Source: Octopus sinensis (Eukaryota). From it: 57,340 nucleotides of DNA. Position numbers and translations under genes: made by a program. The stretch is from NCBI RefSeq assembly GCF_006345805.1, contig NW_021833636.1:1-57340 (forward strand), read 5' to 3'. The notes beneath the pieces were generated by a model. It saw nothing but the letters and a program-made list of their open reading frames with translations, made no database searches and was not told the DNA's origin. This document shows, in pieces, positions 1-9,907 of this stretch (the stretch's first letter is position 1; each line of letters starts with the position of its first letter).

Positions 1-590
1 ATGCAGAATCGCACCTCTCACTGAAAATATTATTTATTTGAAAACATTTTTTTCGTATTCCTACGTTTTAGATAGCAGAGATTACGAATGTGCCGAAAAG
101 AAAAAAAACACTTTTCAAATTTCACCCCCTACCCCAATTGAAGAAGATTTCAGGGTTCAAATTACATGGTTCATAAACTTTAATCTAAAAGCTTACACTT
201 CATTTACTCCAATAGCAAACTTTAATAACGATGATGATACCCACACACATGACAGGTCCATTCTCACTGAATGGAATCGAGTTAACCGGGAATCACCAGT
301 AAATTCATTTACATATGCATTACATAATACAGATTTCCTTGAATTTTACACATGGAATAACAATGAGAAAATGTGGCATCTCAGAAAACGTAATTCACAC
401 GCAATTGGGCGTACCTAATTTGCTTCACCAAAGAAACAAGAGCGATTCTATCTAAGAGCTTAACTATATCATATTCACAGAGCTATATCATTTGAAGATA
501 TGAGGATTATTAACGGTGCAGTTTACCATAATTACAACGAGGCTGCAATGAAACTGGGTTTTAGCGCAAGATGACAGCGAATAATATCGG
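1..590 (+). pseudogene. Degraded Helitron Rep/helicase fragment (region N-terminal to the PIF1 helicase)
   Basis: Reading through stops gives ...EFYTWNNNEKMWHLRKRNSHAIGRT*FASPKKQERFYLRA*LYHIHRAISFEDMRIINGAVYHNYNEAAMKLG, matching the Helitron block YTWN..W..RKR..IGR.YFVSP..ERFYLR.LL.HV.GA.SFEDLRTVNG. Confidence 0.8.
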
Positions 591-743
591 GCTATAGTGT
601 TTGCAAATATTTCAACTATTCCATATCAGATGCGTAGACTTTTCTGTTCTATTCTTAATTACTGCAATCTATATGTATACCTATGTATATATATATTATA
701 CAATGTAAAATACGCTACCTGAAAGATAGCGGGTTCGCACTAG

Positions 744-747
<4 letters not shown>

Positions 748-780
<33 letters not shown>
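748..780. repeat. (TA)n microsatellite, left flank of the Penelope-like element
   Basis: Pure TA run abutting the element start at 781. Confidence 0.95.
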
Positions 781-783
<3 letters not shown>

Positions 784-1290
784 CACCCCTTCCCCTCCCT
801 CCCTTCCTCCTTCCTTCTTTTTCTTACTACTGACCAGTGTCTGCTATGCCTACCACTGTCTCGCCCTACCTCACACGCCTACACACAGACGCACACCCTA
901 ACACATACATATTTTTTGTTTTTTTATCTCGCCTCACACACACACATACACACACGCACACGCACACACTCACACATACACACACATCTGTTGCGTTACC
1001 AACCTTGTCTCCACTCTTTTGCCTTTAAAAACCTACTTTGCTCTTGTTATCTTAAACTTCCGCCTTTCACCATGTGTAACTCGTAAACACCAGTCGTTTT
1101 TTTTCTCTATCCCTGTTGCCCGCTTTGGGATCTTTCTTTCCTCGCTCTTCCTTCTTTATGTTTCCGACGAAGAGCTCCTCTCGAAACGTCATACCCTCCT
1201 GCTTCCATTTCCTGAGCGCCTATTAATAATAATACTGTAATTGTTCCATTGTTGTGGTATTTTTGTTTTCCCGTTTGGATTAAAATTATA
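781..1290 (+). repeat. 5' pLTR (direct repeat copy 1)
   Basis: ccccaccccttcccctccc...cccgtttggattaaaattata is repeated at 6029-6546 with a few percent substitutions and microsatellite indels. Confidence 0.92.
1160..1194 (+). ncRNA. Minimal type I hammerhead ribozyme (PLE variant); stem II carries one mismatch
   Basis: gttt-CCGACGA-a-gagc-tcc-tctc-GAAAC-GTC^atac; predicted cleavage after 1190. Confidence 0.65.
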
Positions 1291-1496
1291 CCACTGCGCG
1301 CCTACACGGACCCCTTGTACCTTGGATACCAATTCCCGGATTTTTGCACCTACGGATTATTGCCACCATTCTTCCTGACCTACGGATCACCTGCAACCTT
1401 CTTCCGGAGTACCGCCATTATCGTGATTGAAAATCATTACCTAATCTGTCCGTTGACTCTCAAATCTCTTTCCTGACTTTTTTCAACTTTTTTCTA

Positions 1497-2552
1497 TTGT
1501 TTTCTAACCGTCTTCACCCTTTTTCTTCTTTTGTTGTTTTCCTGTTGTCTCTCCTTTTTTCTGTTTCGCCACCACCCACCTTTACCTGTTTGCCACCACT
1601 TCTCACCATGCCTGACTTGCACTCGTTCGTCCAACACCTTCAATCCCTCCTCAGCCGCTACCTCGCGTTCTTCCCCCCACAATGTTCCGCACCTGCTATA
1701 AAACTTTCCCGCTTGCTTTTTAAGAAAACCCGCCATTCTAGCCATCTTTCCTTTCTTAGCCGGTGCCTCCGCCATCATGTCACACCCCGCGGTTTCCTCT
1801 TGAAGTTCCACGCTACCCCCTATTCCTCCCCCTTCATTGAACCCACCCTCGCTCGTACCTCCCGCTCCCTCCTCCGCGCCACCATCCGCTCCACCCGCCC
1901 CCTCCTTGACTCCCTCGACCATCAACTTCCCCAGGCCTACCTCCTTCTCTCCGCCCTCTGCCCTCCACTCTTCACCCAACCTATCCTCCGCTTCATCCTT
2001 AATCTCAACCACACCAACTCTACAACTACCTCACACACACAAAAAACAAAAAAAACTCCACCTCCTCCTCAAACCCCTCACCCCCTTCCCCATCCTCCCC
2101 CACGTTCCCCCTCTCCTTCGCACCTACCCCACCCTTCCATGGACCCCCCCACCGTGACCTTCCTACGCCTAACCCATCTTCACCCAACCACCCCTACCCT
2201 CCCCTTCACACCCCTGCACCCCCTCCGCCTGCCCCTAGTTCTCCCACCACCCCGCTTCCTCGCGGCTGTTGTCACTATACGCCCCAACCTCCCCCTCTCC
2301 GCCGCTGAGCGCTCCCTCCTCAGTAAGGGTCTCCGCTTCACGCCACTCACGCGCCACTGTGATGAGTTCGAGACTCGGGCGGACGTCAACCTGTTCCTGC
2401 GCCGCCTCAAACTTTGCGCATACTACCACACGCGTCCCCGCAGCGTCACAATAATCAGGATTGCCTTTTGGAGCTGGGGCGTCGTCCATCCATCTGGACG
2501 CCGCCCCCAGGCCTTTTCAGTAGCCTAGATTTTTGTACATGACTGCAACGCT
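1497..2552 (+). pseudogene. PLE ORF, N-terminal region (frameshifted)
   Basis: KKTRHSSHLSFLSRCLRHHVTPRGF, LSAAERSLLSKGLRFTP, DVNLFLRRLKL and, in an alternate frame, RRPSIWTPPPG are typical PLE N-terminal motifs; frame switches near 2013, 2050, 2450 and 2533. Confidence 0.8.
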
Positions 2553-3926
2553 TTGGTCCACCGTTTCAACTTTGAACCAAGACTCCGCCGAGCCAACCTC
2601 ACTCGGGCCGAATCCATTGCCCTTCGCCACCTCCGCCGTCGTGATGACATTGTCATCAAACCGGCGGACAAAGGCGGGGCAGTGGTAGTGTGGCGCGCGG
2701 ACCTATACAGGGAAGAAGCGCTCAACCAGCTTCAAAATCCCCTCTTCTATCGCCTCCTCCCCTCCGATCCCACCTCCTCCTACCAACAGCAAGTGTCCTC
2801 CACCATCCGCGACCTCATCTCCTCCTCCGCTCTCCCCCTCACCGCCACCAACCTCATCGTCCGCACACCCCGCACCTCTACCATCTACTTCCTTCCCAAG
2901 ATCCATAAACCCTCTAACCCTGGCCGTCCCATAGTCTCTGCCTGTAATTGCCCCACTGAACTCATCTCCCTATACCTCGACCGCATCCTGTCCCCCTTAG
3001 TCGCAGCCCTCCCATCCCACATACACGACACCAACCACGCCCTCCGTCTCTTCAATTCCTTTTCCTTCCCTTCCAGCCCCTCACACCTCCTCTTCACTTT
3101 AGATGTAAAATCCCTGTACACAGTGATTCCCCACAATGACGGTCTCCTAGCCCTCCAACACTTCCTCGACCGTCGTCCCGACCCCACCCCCAGCATCCCC
3201 ACCCTTCTCCGTTTGGCTGAGCTCGTCCTCACCCTCAATTGCTTCACGTTCGCCGGGGAAACGTACCAACAGGTGTCCGGGGTCGCGATGGGAACTAGGA
3301 TGGGCCCCAATTTCGCCAATCTCTTTCTTGGCTACATTGAGGCCCAAGTGTTCTCCCAGTTCTCTGGGCCGACCCCCGAACTATACGGTCGCTATATCGA
3401 CGACTGCGTAGGTGCCACCTCCCTTTCCCGTGAACTTCTCTGCCAATTCATCTCTTTCCTTTCCAACTTTCACCCCTCTCTTCAATTCATCTCCACCATC
3501 TCCAACACCTCTGTCAACTTCCTTGACATCTCTCTCCGCATCGATCACCCCTCCAACTCTCTCACCACCACCGCCTTCTTTAAACCTACGGATTCCCACC
3601 TCTATCTCAACTTCTCTTCCTCCCACCCCTTCCACACCAAACGAGCCATCCCCTACTCCCAGTTCCTCCGCCTCCGACGTTTGTGCAGCCGCGACCAGGA
3701 TTTCGAGACCCAATCTCAATACCTGGCCCGCATGTTCAGACTCCGAGGTTACCCACCCATACTCCTCTCTGATGCCCTCACCGCGCCCGTCGCATCGACC
3801 GCACTACCGCCCTGTCTCCTTAAACCCGCCCACCCCCCAACCGCACCCCTTCCCCCTCCTTTTCCACCCCTCTACCCTACCCCTTCGTCGCAAGATACTA
3901 CGTGCCTTCCGTCGCCTCCAGCTTGA
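2553..3926 (+). CDS. PLE reverse transcriptase domain (part of a frameshifted single ORF; true frame lost after ~3780)
   Basis: IVIKPADKGGAVVVW, YFLPKIHK, PGRPIVS, FTLDVKSLYTVIP, QQVSGVAMGTRMGPNFANLF, YGRYIDD, VNFLDI, YLNFSSSHP, AIPYSQFLRLRRLCS. Confidence 0.95.
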   Translation: MVHRFNFEPRLRRANLTRAESIALRHLRRRDDIVIKPADKGGAVVVWRADLYREEALNQLQNPLFYRLLPSDPTSSYQQQVSSTIRDLISSSALPLTATNLIVRTPRTSTIYFLPKIHKPSNPGRPIVSACNCPTELISLYLDRILSPLVAALPSHIHDTNHALRLFNSFSFPSSPSHLLFTLDVKSLYTVIPHNDGLLALQHFLDRRPDPTPSIPTLLRLAELVLTLNCFTFAGETYQQVSGVAMGTRMGPNFANLFLGYIEAQVFSQFSGPTPELYGRYIDDCVGATSLSRELLCQFISFLSNFHPSLQFISTISNTSVNFLDISLRIDHPSNSLTTTAFFKPTDSHLYLNFSSSHPFHTKRAIPYSQFLRLRRLCSRDQDFETQSQYLARMFRLRGYPPILLSDALTAPVASTALPPCLLKPAHPPTAPLPPPFPPLYPTPSSQDTTCLPSPPA

Positions 3927-4435
3927 TCCCACCACACCCCCCCCATTTTCCTAACCCACCCCTGTCCTCTTTCAAACGAGCCCGCAATCTGCGTGACCTC
4001 CTGGTCCACAGCACCCTCTCTCCTTCCCCCTCAGCCCCACACGGATCATTCCCTTGCTCTAGATCCCGCTGCAACACTTGCCCCTTCATCACCAACACCA
4101 CCGCTGTCACCGGCTCCAACCAGCATACTGTACGCATTAGGCACTCTTTTACGTGCACCTCGTCTGGCCTTATTTACTGCATTAAATGCAACCTATGCGG
4201 GATGCTGTATGTAGGACAGACGGGACGCCGGTTGTCCGACCGTTTCACTGAACACTTGAGGGACGTTCGCCTACACTCTTTTTCTCCCGTCGCACGCCAC
4301 TTCCGCTCGGCCGGCCATTCCCTAGATGACATCTCAGTGTTTGGTCTCGCCCCCCACAATGGTCGCCCACTTTCCAGGCTCCACTTGGAGCAACGCTACA
4401 TCTTCACCCTACAAACTACCACCCACACGGACTAA
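3902..4435 (+). CDS. PLE Cys-rich linker plus GIY-YIG endonuclease (C-terminal part of the frameshifted ORF)
   Basis: FKRARNLRDLLV, linker FPCSRSRCNTCP (Neptune-type Cys linker), LIYCIKCNLCGMLYVGQTGRRLSDRFTEH, VARHF, LEQRYIFTLQT. Confidence 0.92.
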   Translation: MPSVASSLIPPHPPHFPNPPLSSFKRARNLRDLLVHSTLSPSPSAPHGSFPCSRSRCNTCPFITNTTAVTGSNQHTVRIRHSFTCTSSGLIYCIKCNLCGMLYVGQTGRRLSDRFTEHLRDVRLHSFSPVARHFRSAGHSLDDISVFGLAPHNGRPLSRLHLEQRYIFTLQTTTHTD

Positions 4436-4479
4436 CACAGCCCCCTCCTCTTGAGATCCCCTTTTTTTTTTTTTCCCCG

Positions 4480-5690
4480 GATACACCACCCACATACACC
4501 CACCCACCTACCTCCCACACGCCTGTTCACACACACACATACGTAGACCCATCTACGTACATACATTCACACATTTAATCACACACACTTATAGACATAC
4601 ATGCACACACTAACATACAAACCAACATGCACATACACACACACATACCTACATACACACACACATACATACCTACACACACACACACAGACATACATAA
4701 ACACACACACATACACATACACACACATACGCACACACACATATACTTATACACATGCACACACACACACATACATACATACACCCATACACATACACAC
4801 ACATACCTACATACTCCTATACGCACATACATACACACAGACATACACACATACACACTCACACAAACATACACACACACATACTTACACACACACTCAC
4901 CTGCACGCGCACACACATGCATGACAAACACCCATACACTCACACTCACATACGCACACACCAACATAAACACGCACACGCACACACACACCTACACTCC
5001 CACACACATACACACGCACCTACATACACACACGCACGCATACACACGCACACACACGCATACACACATACATTACACACGTACACACACACCTACATAC
5101 ACATGCATACACACACACACACACAAACATGCACGGACACCACCAACATACATACATACACCTATATACACACGCCCACACACCTACATACACACACATA
5201 TACACACGCCCACACACTACATACACACACATACATACACACACATACACGGACACACCATACATACTTACATACAACACCTATACACACACGCCTACAC
5301 ACCTACATACACACACATGCATACACACACACACATGTACGCACATACACACACATATACGCACATACATATATACCCACACACATGCACACACACACAT
5401 ACGCACATGCATGCATGCACACGCGCACACCTACACGCATACACACACACACACGTACGTACACATACATACATACATACACACACACATACATACACCC
5501 ATACACATACATGCATCCTACACACACATACATACACACTCACACACATACACACACACACACACACGGACATACATCTATGCACACACATATATACACA
5601 CATACTCACATACAGTTCATCGGACACACTGACACCCAGACATACACACAGACACACTCACATATCCACACACATACACACTTACGCGCA
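4480..5690 (+). repeat. ~1.2-kb cryptic (CA)/(CATA) low-complexity tract inside the PLE 3' region
   Basis: Almost only C/A with interspersed T/G; source of the His/Thr and Cys/Val pseudo-ORFs. Confidence 0.95.
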
Positions 5691-6028
5691 TACTCGCAGG
5701 CGCTTGCGCCGGTTCGCGCACGCATACGCGCCGCATGCACCTCGATCTTGGACCCGACGAGACCTCCCGCTCGTTCCTGGGACCGTCGCTTGTCGTTGGG
5801 TTTTCCCACGCCCGTCTCCGCGGGACCACTCTTCCATCTTCCCCTCAGCTGGAGTCCTTTTTCCTTAACCCCCCCCTTTTTGTTACACACACGCGCACAC
5901 ATATATACACATTGCTTAAATATATACATTACTCTTACACACTTTCAATCTACTCGCCATTAATACTACCACGACACTGGACACACACACACACTACTAC
6001 TCAACACACGCTGGCACGCTACATACGC

Positions 6029-6537
6029 CCCCACCCCTTCCCCTCCCTCCCTTCCTCCTTCCTTCTTTTTCTTACTACTGACCAGTGTCTGCTATGCCTA
6101 CCACTGTCTCGCCCTACCTCACACGCCTACACACAGACGCACACACTAACACATACATATATTTTTTGTTTTTTTATCTCGCCACTCCACACACCACATA
6201 CACACACGCACAAGCACACACTCACACATACACACACATCTGTTGCGTTACCAACCTTGTCTCCACTCTTTTGCCTTTAAAAACCTACTTTGCTCTTGTT
6301 ATCGTAAACTTCCGCCTTTCACCATGTGTAACTCGTAAACACCAGTCGTTTTTTTTTCTCTATCCCTGTTGCCCGCTTTGGGATCTTTCTTTCCTCTCTC
6401 TTCCTTCTTTATGTTTCCGACGAAGAGCTCCGCTCGAAACGTCATACCCTCCTGCTTCCATTTCCTGAGCGCCTACTAATAATAATACTGTAATTGTTCC
6501 ATTCTGGTTGTTTTTTTTTTGTTTTCCCGTTTGGATT

Positions 6538-6546
<9 letters not shown>
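6029..6546 (+). repeat. 3' pLTR (direct repeat copy 2)
   Basis: Matches 781-1290; ends ...gtttggattaaaattata and runs into (TA)n at 6541-6587. Confidence 0.92.
6413..6447 (+). ncRNA. Minimal type I hammerhead ribozyme (PLE variant) with intact stem II
   Basis: gttt-CCGACGA-a-GAGC-tcc-GCTC-GAAAC-GTC^atac; predicted cleavage after 6443. Confidence 0.75.
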
Positions 6547-6590
<44 letters not shown>

Positions 6591-6765
6591 GCTGTCAGCT
6601 ACAATGTAAATGTATTTTCTATTTCAATTTTTATGTCTTGTTATATTTGTACTATATTAATGTATAATATCATTGCTATTGTGTAATGGTTTAATAAAGT
6701 ATTGATTGGGTATTATCTGATGGTAGATGATTGATTTAGATATATTTCTCCATTTTCTCATTTTG

Positions 6766-6797
<32 letters not shown>

Positions 6798-6818
6798 TAT
6801 ATATATATATATATATAT

Positions 6819-7069
6819 ACTCTTTTACTCTTTTACTTGTTTCAGTTATTTGACGGTGGCCATGCTAGAGCACCGCCTTTGGTCGAGCAAATCGACCACA
6901 GGACTTTTTCTTTGTAAGCCTAGTACTTATTCAATCGGTCTCTTTGCCGAACCGCTAAGTTGCGGGGACGTAAACACCCCAGCATCAGTTGTCAAGCAAT
7001 GTTGGGGGGACAAACACAGACACACAAACACACACACACATACACACACACACAGACACACACACACAA

Positions 7070-7146
<77 letters not shown>

Positions 7147-7271
7147 CATATATACGACGGTCTTCTTTCAGTCCGTCTACTAAATCCACTCACAAGGCTT
7201 TGGTCGGTCCGAGGCTATAGTAGAAAACACTTGCCCAACGTGCCACAAATTTGGACTGAACCCGGGACCAT
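6819..7271 (-). mobile_element. tRNA-derived SINE, family A (internal TA/CA microsatellite, tail ...gaaacaagtaaaagag)
   Basis: Same modules recur at 7285, 14138, 19275, 23674, 32063, 36015, 40430, 51640, 52575 and 55410. Confidence 0.85.
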
Positions 7272-7284
7272 ATATATCGTGTAT

Positions 7285-7500
7285 AGTTTAGTTGTTTCAG
7301 TTTTTTGACTACGGCCACGCTGGGGTACAGCCTTGGTGGTTTTGGCCGAACAAATCAACTCCAGGAATTTTTTACAGGCTACTACTCCACCGGTCTCTCT
7401 CGCCGAACCCCTGAGTAACAGGGACGTAAGCACACCAACATCGGTTGACGAGCGGTGGGAGAGGGGGACAAACACAGTCGCATACACATATACATACACA
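7285..7500 (-). mobile_element. Degraded family A SINE, 3' half
   Basis: ttgtttcag...ggccacgctgggg...gccgaacc...gggacgtaagcacaccaacatcggttg. Confidence 0.65.
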
Positions 7501-7504
7501 AACT

Positions 7505-7670
7505 TACACAATGCTCTCTCGATTATCGCGGCTGTTACGTTCCAAACCCCGCTGCGATAGGTGAAAATCTGCGAAGTAGAATCACTACTCTATTGTATAT
7601 TTTAAAGATTATTTTTGTAATTTTTATATATCTGTTTTATTGTAAATGCAAATCAGCACCACAGCGGAAT
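7505..7670. mobile_element. Possible Tc1/pogo(Tigger)-type MITE remnant
   Basis: ctcgattatcgcggctgttacgttccaaacccgctgcgataggtgaaaatctgcgaagtag resembles the subterminal sequence of such MITEs; the other end is not recognisable. Confidence 0.4.
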
Positions 7671-7709
7671 CGACGTAATCTTAAATAATAATCCACGACA
7701 AGTGAACCG

Positions 7710-7886
7710 CGTCTGCCGTTACGTTCTGAGTTCGAATTCCGCCGCGGTCGACATAGCCTTTCATCCTTTCGGGGTCGATAGATTAAATACCAGTGACGCA
7801 CTGGGGTCGATGTAATCGATTTAATCCGTTTGTCTGTCCTTGTTTGTCTCCTCTGTGTTTAGCCCCTTGTGGGTAGTAAAGAAATA
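7710..7886 (+). mobile_element. SINE family B, 5'-truncated
   Basis: Central gcctttcatcctttcggggtcgata..taccag domain and tail agccccttgtgggtagtaaagaaata, shared with 25488, 27006 and 45488. Confidence 0.85.
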
Positions 7887-8004
7887 TATATAGAGGTCTT
7901 TATTAATATGCAAAACTATATAGTGTATATCAACATAGTGACCAATAACAAATACGAACACAACTACACATCCCGAAAGAGAATAACGCCACATTTATTC
8001 AAGA

Positions 8005-8517
8005 CTAGCAGTATCGCCCGGTGTTGCTCGGGTTTGTAAGGGAAATAACTATATAAACATTTTTAGAGAGTTACTTCCCTTATAGATGCCAATTCGGGCT
8101 TTCTTAGCCATTTCTGTTTTGGTGTCTTCAAGCCATGAAGTCGTTGTTCTAAAAGAACGCTGGTCTCCTTGACAACGCTTTACGACGTTGATTTCCTTAC
8201 ACTCCTTTCCCCACAGCTTCACGAGGGAGGGAAGAAGGGGGAGAAGCAAACAGGTGCAGGTGTGACCATGGACGCCAACTCCGCCGCCATCGACACACGA
8301 AAAATTATGCATTAAAATGGAATAAAAAATGATGTTAAATTATTTTTAAAATCGTAGACTCATTGTAGACGCGCGCTAATACTCAGACGGGTTCGATATG
8401 AATCACGACTATAAGATACCCGAATTTGGTTAAACCGCACCGCAAAATGTGGGAGTAGTTAGGAATCTAAATCGAAGGGGACAGACACTCACACAACTAC
8501 AGTTTTATATATATAGA
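8005..8517 (-). mobile_element. Complete non-autonomous Helitron (513 bp)
   Basis: Minus strand starts A|TC at 8517 and ends with hairpin cccgagcaacaccggg, then ...gCTAG|T at 8005; A|T insertion site, no TSD. Confidence 0.85.
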
Positions 8518-9054
8518 TAAATAACGCGCGTTCTGACAACCACAAATTCAAAAACGCGAACATGTCAGTATATGTATATATGGCTCTTTCAATGATACAG
8601 TGTGTTGCAATTTGTCTAGCGATGCTACTGAGTATACATTTATTAAATTTCTATATCCTGCGAGTAATGGTTGTATATTTATCTATGTCGGTATATATTT
8701 ATGTTTGCACGAATATGCATTATTAAATTTCTATAACCTGCGTGTTATACACACTTTTCAATATTACTTTGTCTTTATTTATGTCTATTTCTGTGTCTTT
8801 CTGCCTGTGTGTATGTATATATATATATGTATACATGTGTGTGAATGTCGTCGATGTTATATTAAGCTTTGGACAAAAATAAAAATGTTTTTTTAATCCG
8901 CTGATATGAACATAACACTTATGTTGTTGCAGTTCTGCTTATCTGCGTCTGTTTTATCCGCTTCTCTAAGATTTCAAGTATTTTTTTTACTTTCGTTTTT
9001 ATGGGTTCTTTGTCTAACTCACAGTGTGTAGATTGAATTATTTTGCTTATTACA

Positions 9055-9076
9055 CACATTATTATTATTATTATTA

Positions 9077-9126
<50 letters not shown>

Positions 9127-9138
9127 CCATTATTATCA

Positions 9139-9169
<31 letters not shown>

Positions 9170-9179
9170 TTTGTTATTA

Positions 9180-9227
<48 letters not shown>

Positions 9228-9251
9228 GTAGTAGTAGTAGTAGTAGTAGTT

Positions 9252-9283
<32 letters not shown>

Positions 9284-9443
9284 TGTTGTTGTTGTTGTTG
9301 TAGTTAGTACTAGTAGTCGTGTTGATATTAATATTATCCTCATGATCAATTTGTTGCTGATGCTGGGTTTCCTACTCTTCCGTCGCCTCTGCCTTGCCTT
9401 CACATTTTCTACTTCCTACTCATCTTCTCTTTCGTCCCAATTT

Positions 9444-9489
<46 letters not shown>

Positions 9490-9494
9490 GCGTA
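9055..9494. repeat. Compound trinucleotide array (ATT)n-(GTA)n-(GTT)n ... (CAT)n
   Basis: Direct reading; produces the poly-I/L/V/T pseudo-ORFs. Confidence 0.95.
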
Positions 9495-9515
9495 TAACTA
9501 CGACGTCAAACGCCG

Positions 9516-9516
<1 letters not shown>

Positions 9517-9577
<61 letters not shown>

Positions 9578-9670
9578 ATATATATATACTTATATATACA
9601 TATATATATATATATAAATATATATAAGTATATAGTAAATATATATATTTATACATATAATATATAATAT
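9517..9670. repeat. (TA)n array
   Basis: Direct reading. Confidence 0.95.
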
Positions 9671-9907
9671 AATACAAGCGAATGTATGTGTGTCAGTATG
9701 TCGCACTTTTTGAACTTTACTCCTAGAGGCCGTAGCCTAATACACCTTTTGGGAATCTGTGACTAAATTAAAAACCTTCTGGGACGAATCTGGTCCCGCA
9801 ATTCTGAAATTTTATATCCCCAAGTTTATATTACTGCGATTGTTTTCTGTGATTTTTTTCTTACGGGCTTTTTTGCGATGAAATTTTTTGTACGATAGGT
9901 GTTTTAA

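Larger units (their letters stand above)
781..6546 (+). mobile_element. Penelope-like retroelement (Neptune-type), near full length, with direct terminal repeats (pLTRs), inserted in (TA)n
   Basis: PLE RT and GIY-YIG coding segments; ~510-bp direct repeats at 781-1290 and 6029-6546; hammerhead motif in each repeat; (TA)n on both sides. Confidence 0.92.

Noticed and set aside
1494-4359. Antisense and alternate-frame ORFs overlapping the PLE
   Set aside because: The G-rich antisense strand is depleted of stops. The Pro/Ser-rich + frames are off-frame readings, apart from short pieces that carry the true frame between indels.
4575-5963. Long His/Thr-rich and Cys/Val-rich ORFs (up to 413 aa), and similar ORFs throughout the window
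   Set aside because: They are translations of (CA)n, (TA)n and (TG)n arrays, which lack stop codons in several frames; no domain structure.
9024-9497. Poly-I/L/V hydrophobic ORFs resembling membrane proteins (also 38640-39239 and 41923-42327)
   Set aside because: Trinucleotide microsatellites.
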